From: Planctomycetales bacterium
GTDB lineage: Bacteria > 4484-113
Length of the DNA stretch: 64,000 nt
Reading direction: 5' to 3'
Assembly (NCBI GenBank): GCA_037441675.1
Contig: JBBIRS010000003.1
Span: 32,001-96,000 of the forward strand
Positions 46,096-55,038 of this stretch are shown here, piece after piece. Position 1 is the stretch's first letter. Each line of letters opens with the position of its first letter. The translations under genes were made by a program, and so were the position numbers. The notes beneath the pieces are model-generated. The model was not told the DNA's origin. It saw nothing but the letters and a program-made list of their open reading frames with translations, and did no database searches.

Positions 46096-47947
46096 CTATT
46101 GTCTCCGGCGCAATTCTCTTTATTAGCACGATTTTCTCCGCAAGTTCCCGAAAAGCTGGCGCAGATACTAAACCGCCATAGTAGTCTCCCTTTGGTTCCC
46201 TAACTACTACGAGTATTAGATACCTAGGCTCTCTCTTTGGGAAAAAACCGATGAAACTTGATGTGTATATTCCCTTCTGATATTCGCCTCCTTCAGCAAT
46301 TTGACCAGTTCCAGTTTTACCCGCAACTGTGTATCCTTGCATTCTAGCCCGCTTGCCTGTGCCTTTCTCTACAGCTTCGCGCAAAATGTCTCTCACCTTT
46401 TCCGCTGTCTCAGGGGAAATTACCCTTCTAAAGTTATCATTAAGTTTGACCTCACTATTTGTGCTAGCTGAGACTATCCTTTCACCGGGTAAAAGTGGGA
46501 TTCTTTCCTTCGGTTGGTATTGGCTTTCCTCTCCTTTAAGAACGACTGTAACCTTTGGCAGGATGCCTCCGTTAGCGATGGCAGAGAATGCTCTCATAAG
46601 CTGAAGTGGGGTGAGCGCAATTCCTTGCCCGAAGGCGGATGTGGCGACTGTTATATCTGGCCAAACGTAAACCTTCTTTCCACTCTTGAATCCCACTGGC
46701 TTAATTCCCTTCTTTTCGCCGTTCAGTTCAATAGCGGATTGTTCATACAGCCCTAAAGTCTTAAAGATTTCTTCAAGCCGATATTGACCAAGCTTGAGTC
46801 CAATTTGAGCCATGCCGACATTTGATGAATGGACGATGATGTTTCTAACAGGGATATGCCCAAATCCTGCTGGATTTCTGTCGTGTTCCGCTTCGTGAAT
46901 TACATACTTTCCGATTCTAAAGGTTGGAGTGCAGTAGAATTTTTCTTCCTCGCTTAACCAACCTCGATCAAGGGCAACAGCGGTAACTAACGGTTTCATA
47001 ATAGAGCCTGGCTCAAACACGAATTGGGTTAACGGATTGGCTTCTTTTCCCCTTGATGGCCCCCTTGAGTATTCGTTGGGGTCAAAGGATGGTCTGACCG
47101 CGGAGCTGAGAATTTCCCCTGTGAAAGGATCCATTACCGCAACTAGCGCCCATTTCCCTCTGGTTCTTTTCATTAATTCAGCCACCGTTTTTTCCGCCGC
47201 TAGCTGTATGTCTCTATCTAACGTGGTGACAAGGTCATTCCCATCTTGAGGTTGAGTATAAGTGAGCGTTGCGGGAATTATCCTTCCTCTTCCGTCACTC
47301 TCGTAGGTGATTATCCCATCCCTACCTTTTAGATATTCAGAAAAAGTCAATTCAAGCCCGATGGAAAGCTCATTTCTCAAGTTCCGATATCCGATGATAT
47401 GAGGAGCAAAATTATCCTTGAAGGGATAATAGCGTTGGAAGTAATATCTGATAAAGATGCCAGGGAGTGAAAGCGCATCTATCTGCTCTGCAGTCTCTTG
47501 GGGGATATCATAAGCCAAGTCGATTCTTTTTAGATTTTGGTTTGCCTCTATGAGTTCCCGAATTGATTGCGGACTCTGATTCAAGAACGATGAAAGCTTT
47601 GAGTAAACTTCATCTTCGTTCTTAAGAAGTTGTTTTTCTACGATTACTCTTGCGACTTTTACATTGTCCGCAAGTACTGTTTCCTTGTCTCTAGCGAGTA
47701 TCCTTCCTCGCTTGGCATGTCGAATGTCCATTCTAGACCAGGTACTCTCTAAGTCGCTAAAGAAAATTTTGGAATCAACGTCATTAGTTACGCTCTTCTT
47801 ATCAGAATTTTTTATCTCCATGGATTTATGTTTCTGGCTTTCCCTGTAAGCATACTGAACTTTATGAATACTCCAGATGTTTCTAGCACCAATAAGAGTT
47901 ATGAATAGGAAGATGATACCCGCCTTAAGTAAATAAACCCGTTCCAT
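46082..47947 (-). CDS. ftsI: division-specific class B penicillin-binding protein
   Basis: N-terminal TM, RG.I..R, RYYP, GLE, G.DL.TT.D..IQ, EPGSIMKP (SxxK), SSN, GKTGT; in dcw cluster. Confidence 0.92.
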   Translation of the reverse strand: MERVYLLKAGIIFLFITLIGARNIWSIHKVQYAYRESQKHKSMEIKNSDKKSVTNDVDSKIFFSDLESTWSRMDIRHAKRGRILARDKETVLADNVKVARVIVEKQLLKNEDEVYSKLSSFLNQSPQSIRELIEANQNLKRIDLAYDIPQETAEQIDALSLPGIFIRYYFQRYYPFKDNFAPHIIGYRNLRNELSIGLELTFSEYLKGRDGIITYESDGRGRIIPATLTYTQPQDGNDLVTTLDRDIQLAAEKTVAELMKRTRGKWALVAVMDPFTGEILSSAVRPSFDPNEYSRGPSRGKEANPLTQFVFEPGSIMKPLVTAVALDRGWLSEEEKFYCTPTFRIGKYVIHEAEHDRNPAGFGHIPVRNIIVHSSNVGMAQIGLKLGQYRLEEIFKTLGLYEQSAIELNGEKKGIKPVGFKSGKKVYVWPDITVATSAFGQGIALTPLQLMRAFSAIANGGILPKVTVVLKGEESQYQPKERIPLLPGERIVSASTNSEVKLNDNFRRVISPETAEKVRDILREAVEKGTGKRARMQGYTVAGKTGTGQIAEGGEYQKGIYTSSFIGFFPKREPRYLILVVVREPKGDYYGGLVSAPAFRELAEKIVLIKRIAPETIDETL

Positions 47948-48002
47948 TTTATTAAGGTTAGAAACTAACTAAAGACTAAACAGATCTTAAAAACAAACTC
48001 TT

Positions 48003-48044
48003 GAGAAAAACTAACGGCGGCCAGAGGGAACTGGCCGCCGCCAG
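48003..48044 (-). terminator. strong intrinsic terminator-like hairpin between ftsL and ftsI
   Basis: Perfect 10 bp stem CGGCGGCCAG/CTGGCCGCCG (48015-48040), extendable by G-U pairs, followed on minus strand by TTAGTTTTTCTC. Confidence 0.7.
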
Positions 48045-48213
48045 GAGGAAGGGTAGCAAAGTTAATATCCCACGTGGGCGTGGAAACCTTACGGTAATCA
48101 CTGGGCATCCTGCTAATGGGCAAAATTTGTGTCACTTCAGTTTGCCTCATCGCTATCTCGCATTTTCTTAAGTTAAAATTGATTTCACCGCTTATGTTCA
48201 TAGCTTTCTTTCT

Positions 48214-48708
48214 CTACGGCTTTATTGTTATAAGCTTATCGGAAAGGGGATACAGGTCTTCTACCGTGTTAGCTCTACCTATGGACTTTTTAATATTGGT
48301 GCGAACAATAAAGTTCTTTTTAGTTAATGGAATTAGTCCCAGTTCCCTCGCCTTTTCCTCGTCAAATTTGAGTCTATTCTCCTGTTCAGTATTTGCGAGC
48401 TCCTGTTGAGCTAGCACAAGGTTAAGATTCTTTAGGCTCTTTTTCGTATCCACTAATTTGTAGCCCTCATTCACCACGCAGGTTGAAAGATACGCGTATA
48501 CCATTACTGAGCTAGTGAGTAACATAGCACCAATTATTACGGTTGCTCTGTAGGAAAGGGTTATTGGGAAGAGGCATAATCGCTTTAAGCGAAAGAGCAG
48601 CCCTGATTTTTTCTTAACAACGCCGAAGACTTCTTGCGCTCTTCTGAATTCCTCAAAGCTTAGTATGCGGTCTTTTCTCAAAAGCTCTTTGGCTGGTTCA
48701 ATCCCCAT
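48214..48708 (-). CDS. ftsL: cell division protein FtsL-like
   Basis: Between rsmH and ftsI; cytoplasmic N-terminus, one TM, coiled coil, ARELGL motif. Confidence 0.7.
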   Translation of the reverse strand: MGIEPAKELLRKDRILSFEEFRRAQEVFGVVKKKSGLLFRLKRLCLFPITLSYRATVIIGAMLLTSSVMVYAYLSTCVVNEGYKLVDTKKSLKNLNLVLAQQELANTEQENRLKFDEEKARELGLIPLTKKNFIVRTNIKKSIGRANTVEDLYPLSDKLITIKP

Positions 48709-49636
48709 CGTTTTTCCTCCTTCTTTCAGTCTTAATTACGACACGAAGCTTGGCGCTTCTCGCACGACGGTTTTCCCTTATTTCATCCTCGCTTGGCTTT
48801 ACAGGCTTCTTTGTTAACGGTAGTAAAACCCATTCTTCAGGGGAGTCTCCCCTTTCTGAATAAAACCTAAATGTTCTCTTAACGATTCTATCCTCAAGGG
48901 AGTGATAGGAAATAACGCCAAGCCTGCCACCAATGCTTAAATGTCTAACAGCGGCACTTAAACCTGCATTAAGCTCAGATAGCTCATCATTGACGAAGAT
49001 TCTTAGGCTTTGAAATGTTCTTGCGAGAATTTTATTCCTGTTTCTTTTGCGTTTTAATGGGATTGCCCTATCAATTGCTTCAACTAGCTGAAAGGTCGTT
49101 CTTATTTGGCTTTCCCCTCTTTTTTCCTCTATTGAATGGGCAATCCTTCCCGCGAGGGGTTCTTCACCATAACTTTGAATTATGCGCTTAAGCTCAACTT
49201 CTGGAAGCTGATTTACAACTTCAAAAGCACTTTTGCTACTTTTACCCATTTGCATATTTAACTCTCCGTCTCGCAAATATGAGAATCCTCGACTTGCGTC
49301 TTCAAGCTGGAGAGAGGAAATGCCAAGGTCAAATAAACCCACGTTAAAGGGGATAAAACCGCATTTTTGCAAGATACTCTCAGCTTCAGAGAAAAGCGCA
49401 TTTACAATTTGAACTTGGCAATTTCCTTCAGCCTTAACGCGCTTTCGAGCAATTTCAAGAGCCTTCTCGTCCCTGTCTATTCCCAGCGCACGCCCCTTCT
49501 CACCGATTAACCTACAAATCGCGAGTAGATGTCCTCCTGTCCCAACGGTAAAGTCCACGAAGCTTTCTCCAGCCTTTACTGAGATAAATCTAATTAACTC
49601 TTGTAAAAGAACAGGTTTGTGAACAACCTCGTTCAC
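48698..49636 (-). CDS. rsmH: 16S rRNA m4C1402 methyltransferase
   Basis: HKPVLL.E, VDFTVGTGGH, DRD, DLGISS.QL....RGFS, YGEE, FQSLRI.VN.EL, ISYHSLEDR.VK, N.RARSAKLR. Confidence 0.97.
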   Translation of the reverse strand: MNEVVHKPVLLQELIRFISVKAGESFVDFTVGTGGHLLAICRLIGEKGRALGIDRDEKALEIARKRVKAEGNCQVQIVNALFSEAESILQKCGFIPFNVGLFDLGISSLQLEDASRGFSYLRDGELNMQMGKSSKSAFEVVNQLPEVELKRIIQSYGEEPLAGRIAHSIEEKRGESQIRTTFQLVEAIDRAIPLKRKRNRNKILARTFQSLRIFVNDELSELNAGLSAAVRHLSIGGRLGVISYHSLEDRIVKRTFRFYSERGDSPEEWVLLPLTKKPVKPSEDEIRENRRARSAKLRVVIKTERRRKNDGD

Positions 49637-49647
49637 TTCAAAATATG

Positions 49648-49692
49648 AGAGAGGAACAGGCTTAAACCCGCCGAAAAAGCCCGTTCCTCCCT
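49648..49692 (-). other. long stem-loop immediately after the mraZ stop codon
   Basis: Minus strand GAGGAACGGGCTT pairs with AAGCCTGTTCCTC (13 bp including one G-U), extendable into the TAG itself; no U-tract directly after the stem. Confidence 0.6.
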
Positions 49693-50176
49693 AATCAGCA
49701 ACGTTTGATTCCACACCTTTTGAGCCCTCATTTTCTAGAGCCTTGCCCAAAGCTTCTTCGATGCTTACTTCCGGTTTCAACGGTGGTGCCTCGGTTGCTT
49801 TCCAGACTTCAATGCACCAACCTAGAGAGTAGACAACAAGCTCGCCTTGTAGGAACACGTGCTCCCGCAGAAATTTGGGAATGGTTATTCTTCCCTGCTC
49901 ATCTACCTCAACGGAAGCGTGTAGGGAATAAAAGTTGCGCAGAAAGCTTTGGGTTTTTGCTCCCATAGCCTTGAGGAACCCGGAATAGGTGGATAGATCA
50001 ATTCTGTCCTGAATATGTTTTTCAATGTACCTAAAGTTTTCCTCGTTCGTTACTAAGATGTGAGAGACGCTTCCGTAAATGATAAATGCGGTATCGCCAA
50101 GCTCCTGCTTCGCGCGGACACCTAGGAATATCCTCCCTTTTCCATCAATCCGAGTTTTAGTCCATCCTCTCAGCAA
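49691..50176 (-). CDS. mraZ: division/cell-wall cluster repressor MraZ
   Basis: IDGKGRI and VDEQGRITIP..LR tandem SpoVT-AbrB motifs, IEVW; first gene of dcw cluster; TTGACA upstream at 50241-50246. Confidence 0.9.
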   Translation of the reverse strand: MLRGWTKTRIDGKGRIFLGVRAKQELGDTAFIIYGSVSHILVTNEENFRYIEKHIQDRIDLSTYSGFLKAMGAKTQSFLRNFYSLHASVEVDEQGRITIPKFLREHVFLQGELVVYSLGWCIEVWKATEAPPLKPEVSIEEALGKALENEGSKGVESNVAD

Positions 50177-50553
50177 TTTCCTTAATCACTTCAGCAGAAA
50201 CATTGGGAATATTGGGTTTTTTACACCTTAATTATGGGATTGTCAAGGGATAATTCACCAAAATTTTAGGAAATTCCAGAGAAATTACACATATGTTTAG
50301 TTTTGTGCTGTTTGGAATAATAATTAGCGGTCATCTTTTTTATTGAGAAGAAATTACGGGGGTGCGTTGTGTCGCAAGAAAGCTAGATATTTACTAATAG
50401 GGAAGAGTTATGAAGGATTTATACGAGCAAACTTATGTGGTCAATTGGATTTGAAAGATAATCTGCGTCTGATTGTGGTAACTAGGTGGCAATTTTAGAT
50501 TGAGGAGGAAGATTTGAGTAGAGAAAAATTTAGAGGATAAAATCTTAACGAGA

Positions 50554-51537
50554 TTAACTTTCTATGGCGGTTCTATACTCAGCGATGAGAAGAGCGTTCA
50601 GAGCTGCGCCTAGAACCAAGTTATTAGAAACAGCGAAGAAGCAGGCAGATTTTTCTTCAAAGTATGCTCTAACTCTACCGATGACTACTTTGTCAGGAAC
50701 GCTAATCGCGAAAGTGCTATCCGGAACTTCATCTCGTGGAAGCAGTTCAATAAACTTGTGCTCTTCTAGGGCGAGTCTTATATCTTCAATGCTAGCGCGA
50801 TAGTTGAACTTGACAAAACAAGAGATGGAATGACCAATAACAACTGGTACTCTTACCGCGGTGGCGTATATTTCTGTTTCATCCAGATTTAGGATTTTTG
50901 TTGTTTCTTCTCTAATCTTTTTCTCTTCGGAGAACTCCAGCAGAGAGGGCGCGCCAATCGCTGGCGAGGCTTTTAGAACTTGCGCTAGCTCCGGGCTATT
51001 CAAGTTGCTCATACTTTTTTTCTTTATCTTCCGAATATCATCTAGAAATAAATCTACGGTATCTCTTCCTGCGCCGGATAGAGATTGATAACTAGAGACG
51101 TAAACTTCTTTAGGCCCGAAAGGAAGCAGTGGATATAGCGTGTGACAGAGAAGAATAGTAGTGCAGTTAGGGTTTGCAATGAGTCTTGAGGTAGAGATAT
51201 CGCTTTCATTAACGCCTACCACAACTAGAGGGACGCCTTCGGTTAATCTAAAGATTGCGCTCTTGTCGATAACAATTGCGCCACTCTCAAGGGCTATTGG
51301 AACATACTTCTCAGAGAGGGAGTCCCCAACCGCAAAGAATGCTAGGTCTACCCCTTCAAACTTATCCTCAGATAAAAGCTCTACTTCGTAAGATTTCCCC
51401 TTTACTTTGACACTCTTTCCAACGGATTGCTCGCTTCCCAAGAGAACAAGATCGTCGTACTTCAGGCGGCTCTTAGGCAGAAGTTTGAGTAAAGTTTCGC
51501 CAGTTAGTCCCGTCGCGCCAGCTACCGCAATTTTCAT
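50554..51537 (-). CDS. asd: aspartate-semialdehyde dehydrogenase
   Basis: GATGLTG, VIDKS..FRL...VPLVV..VN, IANPNCTT (catalytic Cys), YQSLSGAG, RVPV..GHS, NL..GAALNA. Confidence 0.9.
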   Translation of the reverse strand: MKIAVAGATGLTGETLLKLLPKSRLKYDDLVLLGSEQSVGKSVKVKGKSYEVELLSEDKFEGVDLAFFAVGDSLSEKYVPIALESGAIVIDKSAIFRLTEGVPLVVVGVNESDISTSRLIANPNCTTILLCHTLYPLLPFGPKEVYVSSYQSLSGAGRDTVDLFLDDIRKIKKKSMSNLNSPELAQVLKASPAIGAPSLLEFSEEKKIREETTKILNLDETEIYATAVRVPVVIGHSISCFVKFNYRASIEDIRLALEEHKFIELLPRDEVPDSTFAISVPDKVVIGRVRAYFEEKSACFFAVSNNLVLGAALNALLIAEYRTAIES

Positions 51538-52319
51538 CTAGTTTCCTCCGTTTCCATTACGCTCGTCAATCCAACACGCAAGCCCACAAAACTGGCGAGA
51601 TTCCTTAGAGCGAGTTTAATTCCAGCTAGATAGCACTCTCTTGAAATTGTGCGATGATAAATGCTTAGAGTTTCGCCTTCTGAGCCAAATATCACGCACT
51701 GTTCCGCAAGAACGCCGTCTAGCCTGATTGAGTGGATATTTACCCCGGAGGCGTTTAGCCCTCTAGCGGTCGGTTGTTCTTCTTGTCCTTTAAGGTTTTC
51801 CTCTGAATTTTGAAATGCTTCGGAAATTGCTTTTGCGGTGGCAAGGGCGGTTCCACTGGGAGCATCCAATTTGCCCCTATGATGCGCTTCAACAATTTCC
51901 ACCTGATTAAAGTATTTACTCGCAAGATTTGAAAACATTATCATTAGGTTTGCCCCCAGTGAAAAGTTCGGAACGACCAGACAGGAAGTGTTGTTAGCCT
52001 TAGCTGAGGCATCTAGCGCTTCCAAGGTTCCATCCGGGTATCCAGTTGCGCCGACCAGGTACCTTTTCCTCGCAGAGAGAATCTTTGGACCTTGTTCAAA
52101 GACCGCTTGCCCAACGGAGAAGTCCACGATATGCGTGGCGGGGCTAGCAAGAAATTCCTCAAGGTTATTTGTTACATCGCCTAGGTTTTCCAGCTTTCCA
52201 CTCTGTTTATCATAGAGGGCGCAAACATTAAATTCAGGCTCTTTGGAAAGATGTGCAGAAACTATTCTGCCCATTTTGCCAAGAGCGCCAACTATTCCAA
52301 CTTGAATTACTTCAGTCAT
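51534..52319 (-). CDS. dapB: 4-hydroxy-tetrahydrodipicolinate reductase
   Basis: GALGKMG, VDFS, GATG, PNFSLG, EAHHRGKLDAPSGTA, IHSIR. Confidence 0.96.
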   Translation of the reverse strand: MTEVIQVGIVGALGKMGRIVSAHLSKEPEFNVCALYDKQSGKLENLGDVTNNLEEFLASPATHIVDFSVGQAVFEQGPKILSARKRYLVGATGYPDGTLEALDASAKANNTSCLVVPNFSLGANLMIMFSNLASKYFNQVEIVEAHHRGKLDAPSGTALATAKAISEAFQNSEENLKGQEEQPTARGLNASGVNIHSIRLDGVLAEQCVIFGSEGETLSIYHRTISRECYLAGIKLALRNLASFVGLRVGLTSVMETEETR

Positions 52320-53004
52320 TTTCGCTCATAGTAGGAACGCTACTTCCGACTAGCGGATGATCAGCTTCCGCTCGCATTTCCGTAGGTAGAAGCTCGTTTA
52401 TTGCGCTCATTATCTTATCTGTTAACTTAACAAGTTCTTCTCTCGGTATAATCTCCATATCCATTCTTTCAACGTAGATTGGCTTGCCAAATCTGACTTT
52501 GACCTTCGTTGGTTTTATCAATTTGGAGTGTTTACGCATAGCTTTATCAGTGCCGATAATTGCGGATGGCACAACTGGGCAACCCATCTTTAGCGCTATT
52601 ACCGCGGCACCGGTTTTGCCCTTTTGCAAATTTCCGGTGATGGAGCGGGTCCCTTCAGGAAAGATTATTATCGCCCTTTCTTTTTTCACATATTCTTCCG
52701 CCAATTGAAGCGCCCTTTGCCCTCTGCTTCGGTCAATTAGAATTGTTCCAAGCATCTTCATAAACAGCGCAAGGGGTTTCACGACAGTTAGCTCTTGTTT
52801 GGCGATATAATATACATGCCTTGGAACGCTTATTCCTAATATTGGAGGATCTAAATGTGAAAGATGGTTGCTTGCAATAATCACTCCGCCTTTTTTCGGG
52901 ATATTTTCAGCGCCCTCTACCTCCAGGCGGAAAAGTAGCCTGGCTATTATCCAAAGTATGAGCTTGGTTATAGCGTAAAACGCTCTCCAAGCTATCTCCT
53001 TCAC
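52312..53004 (-). CDS. plsC: 1-acyl-sn-glycerol-3-phosphate acyltransferase
   Basis: SNHLSHLDP (HX4D), AKQEL, IDR, FPEGTRS, VRFGKP. Confidence 0.93.
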   Translation of the reverse strand: MKEIAWRAFYAITKLILWIIARLLFRLEVEGAENIPKKGGVIIASNHLSHLDPPILGISVPRHVYYIAKQELTVVKPLALFMKMLGTILIDRSRGQRALQLAEEYVKKERAIIIFPEGTRSITGNLQKGKTGAAVIALKMGCPVVPSAIIGTDKAMRKHSKLIKPTKVKVRFGKPIYVERMDMEIIPREELVKLTDKIMSAINELLPTEMRAEADHPLVGSSVPTMSEND

Positions 53005-53183
53005 AAGTAAATTATAGCAAAATGATGCACCTTTTAGCTATCGATAGTTGGTAGCAATTTATCTGAACATCTGAGCGCCTGAGGAATCGGAGATGATAGA
53101 TGCGTCACTGGAAAATCTGCCTTCTCGTTATGTTGCGGTTTATGATTTTTGGCGTTGGAACTTTAGCATCAAGGTAGGGCTTA

Positions 53184-53226
53184 AAAGTTTTCCTAAAGTT
53201 TTCCTAGAGAATAACTTTGCTAGAAT
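53184..53226 (+). promoter_or_regulatory. 11-bp tandem direct repeat plus extended -10
   Basis: AAAGTTTTCCT twice (53184-53205) at the expected -35 position of TGcTAGAAT (53218-53226). Confidence 0.45.
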
Positions 53227-53229
53227 TTT

Positions 53230-55038
53230 ATGCGAGCACAGGTGTTGACTAGGTTTAATTCTAGGCTTTTTGCGGTTGCAATGGCGGTATCGCTACTCTT
53301 TGCATTGCAAGCTGGCGCGCTTAACCTAGCTTATCTGCTTCCAAACGTTAAAGTTACACCTCCGAAGAGTTTTTCCAACGGAGTTGTCTTAACTTTTGAT
53401 GACGGACCTGATTCGGTTTACACGCTAAAGATAGCTAAGATATTGGCTAGCAGGAAGATTCCAGCGGTATTCTTCTTGGTTGGAAGGCGTGTTAAACAAA
53501 ATGCAGAGGTTGCGAGGGAACTTTCAGAGCTTGGCTTTGAACTCGGCAGTCACGCCTACTCTCACAATGATTTAACTCAAATGACGAGAAGCGAGATTTC
53601 CGACGAGCTTCAAATGAGTGACAAGCTAATTATGGGCATAACCGGCAAAAGACCGCGCTTTTTTCGCCCGCCTTTTGGAACTTTCAACTCTGAAGTTATC
53701 TCTGAAGCTAAGAAGTTGAACAAACTTGTGGTTCTTTGGACACTTGACTCTCGTGACTGGACAAACATGGGAGTTGAAAGACTCACGAATAAGGTTGTTT
53801 CCGAGGCGAAGAATGGCTCTATTATCTTATTCCATAGCACCAACAGCGATACCCTGGAAGCTCTACCGAGAATCCTTGATGGGCTCTCTAAGAAGGGCTT
53901 GAAGTTTATAAATTTGGAGGAGTGGTGCATAAGAAACTTCCCAAATCTAAAGGAGTATCTAGTAAAGGGCGGAAAACCTCCTTTGGTGGAAGCGAAGGAT
54001 AAGATTGAGGGAGGTAAAGCAGAACAGCAAGAACCCCGAGTTTTATATCCACGCCTGATTTTCGGGCCTGTGGTTGAACAGAGGAGTGAAATGGCTGAAG
54101 CAAATGAAAAACTAACAAAATTGCCAAAGGAGGAGAAGGATGAGAAGGGGCAAGCTAAAAATTTAGTGGGAGGTGAAGCCACAAGGGAAATGAAACATAA
54201 GCAGAACTTGCGTGTTTATTCTAACGTTGATGCCTATGAGAGATTTCAAGACATATTTAATAGAGTGAACTTCCTGCCTCCACTTAGAAGGCAAGAGTTT
54301 AAGAAGGTGGATACTTGGAGGGATAAACTTCCAGCAAGAACGCTTTCTCCATTTGAGCAGGGGGTTCTACTCAACAGCAAGAAGTTTCCTGAGAATGTAT
54401 ATCCTCAGCCGAGGTTTTTCCTGTTGCTTACGGAAGAGCAGTTGTTTAACCTGAATACAGGCTTAGCGCAAAGAATTTTCTTTGAGGGCGGTTTCTCGGA
54501 GTGCTTGATACTCGTCTCGGAGAAACGTGAATTTACGGGAGACTTCGGTTTACCTGCGAGATACGTAACACCTGGTGAGTTTGACCCATACTCGGTTTTC
54601 TCACTTGGGGAGGAGCCGCTAACTCGCCTACTTGAGCTATATAAGGGAAAGAAGGAGTCTATTTTGGTGATTTTACCGTCTCTTTTAGCCACACAATCAA
54701 GTGAGACTAACGATATGGCATCAGTTTATGAGTTTGCACTTGAGGAGTTTCTGAAGTTCCGACAGCTTACCTACGATAGAGTTTATGATCCAGCTGAAAA
54801 GTTACAAGAGGCGCTGGGACTTCCGAAGGAATTTTCGCTTGCTAGATTCACGAGGCAGTCAGAACCGTTAATTCTAATCTGCCAAGATAAGCCTGCATTT
54901 ACCTTGCAGACAAACTATATGTTCAACAGATTCGCCCTACTCAATTTCTCCAAAAGTAAAGGTGCAGAAATTGTGAGGATAAGCCCGGGGCAATTGATAC
55001 AGAGTGAGCAAAGCGCTATTTACCTTCTACCTAGATGA
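53230..55038 (+). CDS. secreted polysaccharide deacetylase (NodB/CE4) with uncharacterised C-terminal domain
   Basis: Signal/anchor; LTFDDGP, HAYSH, FRPPFG, DSRDW, IILFH; about 350 further residues of unrecognised sequence; start may lie a few codons downstream. Confidence 0.88.
   Translation: MRAQVLTRFNSRLFAVAMAVSLLFALQAGALNLAYLLPNVKVTPPKSFSNGVVLTFDDGPDSVYTLKIAKILASRKIPAVFFLVGRRVKQNAEVARELSELGFELGSHAYSHNDLTQMTRSEISDELQMSDKLIMGITGKRPRFFRPPFGTFNSEVISEAKKLNKLVVLWTLDSRDWTNMGVERLTNKVVSEAKNGSIILFHSTNSDTLEALPRILDGLSKKGLKFINLEEWCIRNFPNLKEYLVKGGKPPLVEAKDKIEGGKAEQQEPRVLYPRLIFGPVVEQRSEMAEANEKLTKLPKEEKDEKGQAKNLVGGEATREMKHKQNLRVYSNVDAYERFQDIFNRVNFLPPLRRQEFKKVDTWRDKLPARTLSPFEQGVLLNSKKFPENVYPQPRFFLLLTEEQLFNLNTGLAQRIFFEGGFSECLILVSEKREFTGDFGLPARYVTPGEFDPYSVFSLGEEPLTRLLELYKGKKESILVILPSLLATQSSETNDMASVYEFALEEFLKFRQLTYDRVYDPAEKLQEALGLPKEFSLARFTRQSEPLILICQDKPAFTLQTNYMFNRFALLNFSKSKGAEIVRISPGQLIQSEQSAIYLLPR

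Noticed and set aside
48090..48150. c-di-GMP-I (GEMM) riboswitch-like words GGCAAAC...GACACAAA on the minus strand
   Set aside because: The stem between them would be only 2 bp with no GNRA loop, and the P3 receptor motif is missing; an Rfam RF01051 scan would settle it.
47965..48201. Independent 78-aa gene between ftsL and ftsI
   Set aside because: No SD or family similarity, and it runs through a terminator-like hairpin; kept only as a possible readthrough extension in the findings.
50200..50240. MraZ-binding TGGG direct repeats upstream of mraZ
   Set aside because: Three TGGG words exist but on the opposite strand and with irregular spacing (9 and 22 nt), so not supported.
50177..50553. 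tRNA (including tRNA-Sec/Pyl) or other structured RNA in the larger intergenic gaps (also 15557-15775, 22164-22344, 53005-53183, 60514-60731)
   Set aside because: No cloverleaf or T-loop GTTCRA pattern with flanking stems seen by eye; tRNAscan-SE/Infernal would be needed to exclude formally.
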